Source of the DNA: Camelus dromedarius
Lineage: Eukaryota
Length of the DNA: 64,000 nucleotides
Assembly: GCF_036321535.1 (NCBI RefSeq)
Contig: NC_087438.1
Location: 9,116,001 to 9,180,000, forward strand
Reading direction: 5' to 3'
How positions within the stretch are numbered: the first letter of the stretch is position 1; each line of letters begins with the position of its first letter. The position numbers were made by a program, and so were the translations under genes. Under the pieces are notes generated by a model. It worked only from the letters and a program-made list of their open reading frames with translations. It made no database searches and was not told the origin of the DNA. Positions 54,150 through 64,000 of this stretch are shown piece by piece.

Positions 54150-55340
54150 AGTGTTTTATTCCTTTAGCTTTATAATGAATTATAACTTATATACAAAAAT
54201 CAAACAAATTGAAGAGTATATCTCGGTGAAGTCTCGGCAAGTGACAATGTGTGAGCAGCAGCAGCAGACCGTCCCCGGTCCCTGGAGGCCTCCCTTCTCA
54301 TCATCCTCGTATGTGGCAAACTGAACACCAAGTTCCAATTACACAGATGAGTTTTGTCTGCTCATGGGCTTTGTATAAACGGAAACTTACAGTATGTTAT
54401 ATGCTCGGTTCACTTTCTTTTCTTAAAAAATAGTTTGCGAGCTTCACCCACATGCCTGTGCATTATTACAGCCCATGCAGTGCCACTGCCCTCTTGGATT
54501 TGTTGTGTGAACCACCCCCAAACTTCTTTACCCATTTCACTGTTGATGGGCTTTTAGCTGTTTTCATCTGGGATGATTTTGTGTAAAGCTGCTATGAACA
54601 TCCTTGTATACGATTCTTTTGAACACGTGTTTGCACTTCTCTTGAGAGTTACGGGAGGAGGATAGCTGGGTCCTACATCATGAATAATTCAGCTTTAGCA
54701 GATACTACTCCACTGTTTTCAAAAGAGATCATAGCAATTTATATGCTTACTAGCTGAGCATTCTGGTGGCTTCACTTTCATGGTTAACACGTAGCATTGT
54801 ATTCCTTTTTTTGTTTTAGTCATTTTGATGTCCGCGTAGCTGCTTTGTGTTGTGTTTTTAATTTGCATTTCTATGATGATTAATAAAGTTGAATAACTTT
54901 TCATATGCTTACTGCCCGTTTGAATATACTCTTGTGAATTGCCTCAAGACTTTTGCCCATTTTTCTACAGGATTTTCTGACTTTTTCTCATTGATTTGTG
55001 TTTTTATTATCTGGATGCAAGTCCTTAGATGTATCTGCTGCAGTATCTTCTTCCACTTGGAGTTTGTTTTTCTCCTTAATGATATCTTTTGACAAAAAGT
55101 AAATTTTCATCTTAATATAATGCAAAAAATTAGAGCTTGAAACTTCTTTTTTCATCCTATTTTATAATTTGTGTTTTCCTCCCCAAGGCAATGGAAATGC
55201 TTTCCTATATGCTCTTCTAGCATCTTTGCTATTTTACATTTTATATTTAGACATGCAATTCATCTAGGGTTGACTGTGTTGTATAGCATGAGGTAAGGGT
55301 TGATGCATTTTGGATATCTAAATGATTGATCAAAAAGACA
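54150..55340 (-). mobile_element. L1ME-like 3' region
   Basis: aaagctgctatgaacatccttgta, ttttaatttgcatttctatgatgattaataaagttgaataacttttcatatgctta, cttttgcccatttttcta. Confidence 0.8.
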
Positions 55341-55344
55341 ATAA

Positions 55345-55545
55345 TTCTTGTGTACTTGGAATTTGCTAAGAGGGTTGATCTTAAGTGTTCTCACCACAAA
55401 CAAAAAATATGACAACCATGTAAAGTAATGGTTATGTTAAATAGCTTGATTGCGGTAATGAATTCATGATATGTGCATATGTAAAAACAGTGCATTGAAC
55501 CTTAACATTCAATTTTTGTCAGTTATATCTCAATAAGGCTAGAGG
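55345..55545 (+). mobile_element. L1MA-like 3' terminus
   Basis: gtacttggaatttgctaagaggg.gttgatcttaagtgttctcaccac...tatgttaaatagcttgattgcggtaat...ttatatctcaataaggct. Confidence 0.82.
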
Positions 55546-55592
55546 TGGGGAAGAAAAGACAATCTCTCACTATTTCAAATTTAATTTTGCAC

Positions 55593-55958
55593 TGTGTCAT
55601 AGTCAGTTTGGGCTGCCATAACAAATTATCAAAGACAAGGTAGCTTATAAACATTAGACATTTATTTCTCACAGTTTCGGAGGCTAGAAGTTTGTGATCA
55701 AGGTGCCAGCATAATGGGGTTCTGGTGAGAGCCTCTTTCTGGTTCAATCAGAAGATTGGCTTCCCCTTGTGTCCTCATGTGGCAGAAAAAGAGTGAGAAT
55801 GCCTTCCGGGGTCTCTTTTATGAGGTGCCCCATTCATGAGGGCACCACCCTCAGGACATAAATGACCTCTGAAAGTTCTCTTCTCCAAAACCATCACATT
55901 GGAAGTTAGGATTTCAACATTCAGATCTCTGGGAGACACAAACATTCAGCCCATCACA
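55593..55958 (-). mobile_element. MLT1A0-like solo LTR
   Basis: tgtgtcatagtcagtttgggctgccataacaaa...atttatttctcacagtttcggaggctagaag...gggagacacaaacattcagcccatcaca. Confidence 0.9.
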
Positions 55959-57179
55959 CCCTTATTGTGTTTTCATAAATATACTGTGTGGAAGAAATTC
56001 TATCCTTGTTTTCTACTTATTTATTGCCATTTTATTTAATACATATTTCACTTTCTTTTAAAGTGGATTTCCACCATAACTAGAACAGGGCTTCATGTGA
56101 AATAAAGAAATTTGAGTTATTGATTGCAATTGATAGAAAAAAATACATAGAGATTTTCACTTGATTACAGTATTGGGAAGTCCCTAAAAATAGAGTCAAA
56201 ATTCATAAAATGTAAATTAAACAGAATACTATAAAAAGAGCAGTTATAAAAATGGTCATAGAGATAATATAAAAATGTAAAAGGTAATAATCCTTCAGAA
56301 AGAACATAGGTAAAAAATATGTCACATTTTTGAGGAAATATATGGATAATTTCCCATATTACAGAGATATTACTTCTATCTAGAAACTTTTGATATGCAT
56401 TAATATAATAAAGTTACTAAAAATTACCATCATGGCCATCGCAACAGCAGCAATATATTGAATAATATTTTTTAAGCATTTGTTGTAAGACAGCCACAAG
56501 GATTAGGATGGCTCTGCCAATTTACAACTTAATTAAAATATCTTAGTCTTGAGAAAATTCATTTATAAACCAGACTGAGCCAATTAAATAAATGTGGAGA
56601 GGTGTATGTCTGCATATATTCATAAATACATGAAATATTATCTTATTTTCCATGTAGATCAAAATATGCATGTCTAGAAAGATATAGATAAGAATATAAA
56701 CAGAGGTGCTATATGCACACATGTGTCTATAGAAAGAAAGACAGGAGTGAAGAAAAGAAAAAAGAATGAAAGAAAGGAGAGAGCAGGAAGAAAAGGAAAA
56801 AACAAAGAAATAACTGTACATACGCACCTGTAGAGTTGTCTGTAAGGAGCAGAAGCTGTATAATAATATTTCAATTGTGATTAAATGTGGGGTTTCATTG
56901 TGGTTATTTTATTATATGTCTATGTTTTAATGTATTTCTCACATTTATAAATTATGCTTTTGATCAGAAAACCTTTTTGGAAGTATATGATGCTTTCTGT
57001 AACATAAGGAGGTTTTCATAGAGCATTAAAAATAAAATGGTTTTAATCCCCAAATCATTATAGATGATAAAATAGAAATATGTCTGACATGTTTTCGACA
57101 CATTATTCTGGCATGTAAAATTCTAACTTTAATAAGAGCTCTCTATATTTTGGTTCCTACTCTGCCTGGTTCCCATGAT

Positions 57180-57290
57180 AGCTCTGTTTTAGACGGGAGA
57201 ACACTGAGGGTCATAGAGATTTAGATAATACAATTCAAACTTGGCAGAAGCTCTACCCAAGTCATCGTGCTCCTACTCTAGACCTTTGTA
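57180..57290 (-). mobile_element. MIR-like fragment
   Basis: ctgttttagacgggagaacactgagggtcatagagattta. Confidence 0.45.
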
Positions 57291-60200
57291 TTTGGGAAAG
57301 GTTGAAGGTTAAACATTTTAGAAAGTCTTAATAGAGGAACTGACTGAGTCAATATTTTATGAACCACAATTTATCATGGTCACTTTGTTTATTAGCCAGA
57401 AAATGGCAGTTAAAGCTGATTTTTATCTTTTATCTACTCTGGTACCAGATTGTTAACTAACCAAACTCTCCCTAAAGACAGTCTAACTGAACAGCTGTAA
57501 ATTCCACGGAATTTAGAAGGTGAATAATGTAGATAGAGAGACACTCAGTCTTAATCTTGTTACGCTCATAATCAGAGTCTTCTATGGCTGGCTAAGGTCA
57601 AAACTCAGGGAGAGAGAAACACATATAGTCATAAGACTCAATCTAAAGTATTTTTAATATATGGAGAAAAAGAATGAATGATGCTACCACACTTTCCAGG
57701 AAAATACGTTCCCTGGTGTGGAAAAACAAAGCAATGAATTAGACATTCTTTTAGTTCATGGAGAAGTGTGCTGACAAAAGAACTGAAAGGCAGAAAGGCT
57801 AATCTATACTAAGAGCAAATAAGCTTTCCAGTAGAAATGAATTGCTATCCTTCCAATATGAAGGAGCCCAATGTGATTAATCAGCCACCAGAAGGCTGGC
57901 TAGTCCTCTAAAGCATGATGCCCTGCTCAGGGGTCGGGGTCAGTCTCTGCAGTGTGTGGACAGGTCAGCTATTGCTGTCACCATGCATTACCTGCATATC
58001 TGCCTTCTCAGTCACTGCATGTGTGTTTTCAGGCAAAAACAGAGTGGCTGGGGTAAGACGACCTTATACCCATAGAATAGGTCATTTTGAATTTCTAATT
58101 ATGTAGCACATTTATGGAAATAAACACCATAATGAAACTGACACAGGACAAAAATGCCCTCTTACCTTCACTCATTCTGAGACGCTCATCCACACACATT
58201 ATTCCCAGGCTTCCATATTACCAATGACCTTTGTCTTGTCCTTTCTTGATCCCAGATTATTGAACCAACTAGTGCCAGAAACGACTGCTGCCACCTCTCC
58301 TTTGAGGCAAAGTGAATAATCAGATGCACCATTTATAATGGACACAGCTGAGGTTGTTTTCCTCACCGTACATCTGGGAAGTGCTTGTATGAAGCTGTTA
58401 CGCTGCAGCCTTCCAATTTGGGGTGATATTTGCATATGTATAGAATTGTCAGTAAACCAGCCACATGGTTTTCTTCTATTTCGTCAACGCGCTGACAATA
58501 GGGAACTCTCATAAGGCCAGGAGTGAGGGTTAAAGGAGAGATATCAACAGAGTAGCACCCAAAGTCATGGGAGTCCAACTCCCTTGCACTTTCTACTTCC
58601 TTTTGCCTCCAGAACCTACTCAAAAGCTACATCACACATGCCAATTTCACTTAAGGATGGAATTTTTCTGGGACCACCCACCTGGATAGCTTGGTCAGTC
58701 AAATCGTATCTAGATAATAATAGAGAGCTCAGATCTCAGGATTTCTCATGGTAATGCCTCCTCAGATGTATACAGCAAGACAGAAAATGTCTTTGTTTTT
58801 TGTTTTATTTGCCCCAAAACATGAATAGTTACCTACAAAAGTAGCCTTTTCCTCATCCAAAATCTTAGGCATCTCTGCCATAATTCTCCTAGGGCGGTCT
58901 TCCAGAGCTTCATACTTTCCTGCTCCATAAGTCTGTTGAAGAATCTTTTCCTCCTCTTGGCCTCACTCAAAAAGGCAACCTTATGGGTAACTTGGAAAAC
59001 AAAACAAAACAACAAACAAGAACTTTTGAAGTATGCCCAAATGTGATCTATTCCTCCAGAATTCAGAGAGACTCATTAGGATTTGTACCTCTTTTAGTGG
59101 TCGGATAGTATTTGTACTTCACCTTGCAGTCTCAAGACATTTCAGAACTTATGATCCCTAAAACATGATCCAGGTGGGGCATTCCTTAACGTCACATGTT
59201 TATTCTACCGACTGGCACATAAATGTTATTCCAATGTATCTAGAGTATGTTTGTTCTACTTCCTGTTCATCAAGTCCAACAGAATGATACCATTCATAGA
59301 GAGGACTGCTGTGATACCATATGTACAGTAAGATAATCAAAACTCCTGCAAACCAGATTACTACAGAGGGTTCAAGACTTGGTTTATCCTTGATGTAAGA
59401 AAGATTACTGCTGTGTCTGTTAGGTTAAGTCAAACGTTTGTTTGTGGTCTTTGCTAACAAATGTAGAGAAAAATAAGGCCCTAGGAAGGCATGCATGTAT
59501 CAAACTCTCTTTTGATTTGCTTCAGAAGAAGATCACATCATGAACAATACTTACAATTATAGCCAATAATGATTGGGTTTATAATAGTCTACTCTCATTT
59601 CCTAGAGTTTATTGAATATGTTCGTCAAATTGTGATGTGATAGTCATTTTCAGCCTTGCATTTTCCAAGTACCTGACAAGGTGCAAACTCTGTAATTCCT
59701 CTAAAAGTGATACGGGTTTCAGTTTACTATTTTAATAAGAACCTGGTCTGCTATTTGTCCTTTCTGCCATGACAACTGTAACTCCCTGGGTGAAAAAACA
59801 GTATGAGATCTATGCTATAATGTTGAAGGTGTTTTGTTTTAACCATAGATACAAGAATAGAGGGAATGAGTGAGCTTGAAACCAGATCCACTGGGCCAAC
59901 TCCTACTTGGGCAAAAAGACTGTCACCTGATTTATATAGGCTCCTATGCTGACTGCTGGGGTGCAGTTGTGTTGGTCCAGCTAACTAAAAACAATAAAAG
60001 TAGAGAGAGGGGACAAGTTTTACATGTATATGGCGGAGAGATTCACATCTGAGTTTTCTCTTCTCTTTTTGCTGCAAGACGTCAAGCTGTGATTGAATCT
60101 GCCCCTGTTCGGGGGGCACCATTTTGAGAAGCTGTGTTTTGGCATTATCTAGCCTCGTAATACCCTCCTGATCGCTCAGGAAGATGGGTGAGACTCACAG

Positions 60201-62829
60201 GATGAGTCTAGTCTAACTATTGATAGAGCTTCCTCTGCTGTTCAAGCTGGCAGTGGAGGTGAAATGGGGGAAGGTGAAATCTGGAGCTTAAATGACTGAC
60301 AAGAGAGAAATATTGTCACAGATTATAACTAAGAAATTATAACCAATAAAAAACATACTTAGGAACCCTCAAAATAAGTACTGGGAGGTTAGGAAGAACT
60401 TAAAGCCATTGAGGCCCTGAAATCCTGCTTTGGTGGAGCGGGGAACTGAGTTTTCTTTCACTATCATAAAAAATAATATAGAAACATGCTCCCACAGGGG
60501 GAGCAGCTCAGAGTTGTCACCCATGACTCTGCCATCAATAGCCTGGTCATAGAGTGAATGTGCTGGCTGTCACTTCCCTCCATGTAACGGCAGTGTGTGT
60601 CCCTGAATGTTTACTAAAATTTAAGTTACTTAAATTCACTAACTTCACAAATGTTTGTAATTAACTCCAACTAGTTTATTAAAGATACACGCAAGTGCCT
60701 GGGGAAGGAAGTGCATGGGGGTATGTGTTGATGATTATGTTTGGCTAATTTCATAGTCAGTTTGCAAGTCCAAGAATTTCCAGACTTCCGTGTTCAGTGT
60801 TCCATGTCCCTTGGTGATCTGTGGACTCCCCAGATATGTGAAATACAAAATGATTGATTAATTATCCAGCTCAGACATTATCAAGTCTATACTTGTATAC
60901 AGTATTCAGTTATGTGTGTGTGTCTATACACATCACTTCACCCAAGATGCCTTTATCTACAAATTAAGAGTCAACCCATCTCAAACACTTTTTTTTGGTC
61001 TGTTTATCTTTCACAGCTATCTACAAGGAACAGTTCAAATCCTGAGTCTAACCTCCCTATTTATTTTTCTCAAGGCTGTCTCGCAAACTATCTACACCCC
61101 TTTGTCACTTTTTTTGTCGACTTTTTAATTTTATCCCATTCTCACCTTTTTCCATGTATTCCCAACAGCTCCATGAGAACTTCCGTGCATGCCTACTGGC
61201 ACCACATTTCTATGGGATTAAAGAAACATAAATAAATACTGGAAAACAATCTGTGAAAAGGGAATTCCCTGTGTGTTAAGGATTATTGTGTAAGATTTTT
61301 TGAGTGGAATCATTTTTTAATTAATTGGAACAGAATTTAAAATGTCTAATTATACAAAGTAAATATAAAATGCAAACAAGACTAAGTGATGAAATCATTG
61401 ACAATGTGAGTATACTTACTATTCAGCTGTGGGATTTTCAAGTATGTATCTATCAAAGTGCATCAAATTATGCATCTGAAATATGTGTAGTTTACTGTAC
61501 AGGAACCATGCCACAATAAAGTTTTTGTTTGTTTGTTTGCTTTTTAAGATTGGATTTAGACGAGGAAAATAGCTAAATTCAGGTTAGATTGAGACTTGAG
61601 GACCGTTTTGTTTTTTGCTGTCAGTTACCCGAGTATGAAAATTAGCAACTAAATCAGGAAAAGGAAAGACAGGGCACCAACCTCTTAAGTTAGTCTAGTT
61701 AGAAGTCACCTGCTTTGTGAAAGAATGTCAGGTTTGGTTGCAGTGGGCCTCAGAGAATTCCAGCTGGTTAGTTAGTGTTTTTAATTGATGCGAACCTCAA
61801 TTAAAATTTTCTAACTCTAATTAGGTTGAAGATTATGAAGTCAAAGGGAGTAGGCTCTTTGAGACTAGACTTCATAATAGTGAATCTTACCATTGATATG
61901 CGTGTAAGTAGATTATATTTTAAAATCCTGTAACAAAACAATAAAGTTCAGTTTTTACAGACCAAACCATCACTTCATCTAAAGAGTTGCCTCAAATATT
62001 TTTTTTTAGGAAAAACTATGTGCAGACACTTACCAAATACCTCAGAGCATGTTTGTTTCCCTTCAGCTTCAGTGTCAGCAGGCTAACAGGATTATAGTAC
62101 AGCAGATGTGGCATGAAACACTGATTTTCGGTGATACATTCTGCATCTTAATTTATAGTTCATTATCTTTTCTGCAACAAAACTCCATTTGGGTGAGTCC
62201 CCAAAGGGAATACAAATATTTTAACAGTTTCTTGTCCCTGACGAGCTTGCTCTGAAACTATGAGCTGATATTTTTACCTTTAACATAATTTATCTCCAAT
62301 AAACATAATCAGATGTCTCTTTTCTGATTCTCCTACTAAAAAGACACTTTCTCTTTTAGAATTCTGGACTATAATCAACTTATTCTTGAGCAATTCTCCT
62401 GTGTTTAAACCAGATAATTAATATATGATATTTTAACTTTAAAAAGTATTAAATTTTGCAAAGCATTTACCTTTATTTTTGTGGTAAACATTGATATGTA
62501 TGGTTGACTGTTTTAGTTAGAATTTTAAATTAAAGTGCTTATTTTTCATGACAGAAAATAGAGTCTATTCCAAAGTATATAGTATGAAATTGTCAAAATG
62601 ATTTTACTTCTTTTTTTTTTTCCTATCTGTGGATTCTCTCTTTTCTTTTGTATTATTACTAGAATGATGCAGCATAAAATCAATAACCAATTGTCATGCT
62701 GTGGTCATGACATTCGGAGTTTAATTTCCTATTTATTTTTTACTTCTTTTAACAAATATCAGACACAAAAAACACTGGAAAATATCTATGAATCAAAATA
62801 TAATCTAAAACTGAGACAGACCTAATATT

Positions 62830-63260
62830 GACACCAAATATCTGTAATCACCTCTTACCTGGTTTTTCTCTATTTTAGCTTTCACTAATATTCAACACAT
62901 TGAAAACAGAAGACCTTTCTAAAACAGACAAAATAATTTTACTTTCTGTAAGTAAAAATCTTAAGTGAACATTAGTTGCTCTATTGGTAATAAATCAAGC
63001 CTGTCATGAAGACATACCCCATCCCACAGAAGTTAGATCAGACTTCCCTTACAAGCTCATCTCTCTTCACTGAACTCTTGTGTATTTATTTCTTTCCACT
63101 TTTCCCATGTTACCCCATATTTTCCTGTTTGATTATCACAGCAACTTTGTATTAAGTATTATAATACTCTCCATTAAAAGACAAAGCATTATTAGGTCAA
63201 CCTTTGAGTGACATGTCCAAAAAGATCACACCACTAAGAAATTATAACACCGGGATTCTA
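62830..63260 (+). mobile_element. L2-like fragment
   Basis: gacctttctaaaac...aaaaatcttaagtga...ttacaagctcatctctc...tcaacctttgagtgaca. Confidence 0.4.
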
Positions 63261-63639
63261 TTACCTTCTCGGTCACTGAAGAAGCAGTTCCTTTATGTTC
63301 TAGATATCAACATAAGTCATCTCTGCCGAGGTAGCATAGCAAGTGTTCAGGGCACCTTAGGCTTCATAAGTCAAACAGATTTTGATACTTTCTTTCCAGC
63401 ATGTAACTCAGGGTTTCTTGAGCTCAGATACTGCATACAAATCAGTAGTCTCTGTTCTTTTAGACATGAACTTCATCCTTGGCTATTCTAGAATTCCATC
63501 TCACTGAGATCAATGGTAGACACAACCATGGAAAAATAATCATTTGATGCATGCAGGTGTAGAAGAGATATTATAGTATTATTTTTCCCTTTAAAAATGT
63601 CATTTATATTTTATCTTTTCTACAATTCGTATGCCATTA

Positions 63640-63812
63640 GTTATCTCTCTCTTCCTTTCACTTTCTCTTTTTCTTTTTTCTTCCTTTCCTCCTCCCTCCC
63701 TCCTTTCTTTCTTTCTTTTTCTTTCTTATCTCTTTCTCTCTCCATTTTTCCCTTCCTTCTTTCTTTTTTCTTCTTTCTATCCCTTTTTTCCCTTTATTTT
63801 TCAATTTTTTCA
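63640..63812. repeat. CT-rich low-complexity tract
   Basis: Degenerate polypyrimidine run read directly. Confidence 0.9.
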
Positions 63813-63899
63813 CATACATATATACATACTTTTCATAATAGCTTCAAATTATCATAACAGTTTTAAAAGTTAAATATCCAGTGTTACCTAAAAGATATT

Positions 63900-63975
63900 T
63901 AACAGGGCTTGATCCAAATTTTCTACCAGCTTAGCTGTAAGATTTTGGGTAACTCAACCTCTTCAGGTAAATTTT
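63900..63975 (+). mobile_element. MIR-like fragment
   Basis: ttctaccagcttagctgtaagattttgggtaactcaacctct. Confidence 0.4.
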
Positions 63976-64000
63976 TTTAATATTACACTTTTTTTTAAAT

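Noticed and set aside
58033..58312. Plus-strand AG/GT-bounded bits (58033-58052 and ~58256-58311)
   Set aside because: Very short or with weak donors, no recognisable peptide, and expected by chance.
63597..63873. F/S/L-rich ORFs
   Set aside because: Translation of the low-complexity CT tract.
1..64000. CRISPR arrays, operons, prokaryotic defence systems, NUMTs, intact ERV genes
   Set aside because: The sequence is mammalian and repeat-rich. I saw no regularly spaced repeats, long ORFs, mitochondrial-like segments or gag/pol/env remnants.

Overview
AT-rich mammalian genomic DNA, most likely a camelid. Two short tRNA-derived SINEs resemble the camelid Vic-1 family, two young L1 3' ends are of cetartiodactyl type, and I saw no Alu, BovB/Bov-tA or PRE SINEs. 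The window is dominated by decayed transposable elements: L1 fragments of several ages, MaLR/ERVL solo LTRs (MLT1, MLT2, LTR16-like), MIR, L2 and hAT-Charlie MER58/MER5-type elements. It also has microsatellites and two short tandem duplications. I recognise no known protein-coding gene, RNA gene, NUMT or processed pseudogene, so it looks intergenic or deep intronic. The ORF track is mostly chance ORFs, repeat remnants or simple-repeat artefacts. The best lead is a set of minus-strand AG/GT-bounded segments (58166-58199+, 39983-40046, 37896-37966, 37355 downward) that splice in phase into an unrecognised ~150-aa ORF. These overlap a GC/CpG-raised, motif-rich patch at ~37.7-38.3 kb that also carries plus-strand mini-exon signals. 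This is a hypothesis only. Repeat family names come from remembered consensus features, not a database search, and repeat boundaries are approximate.
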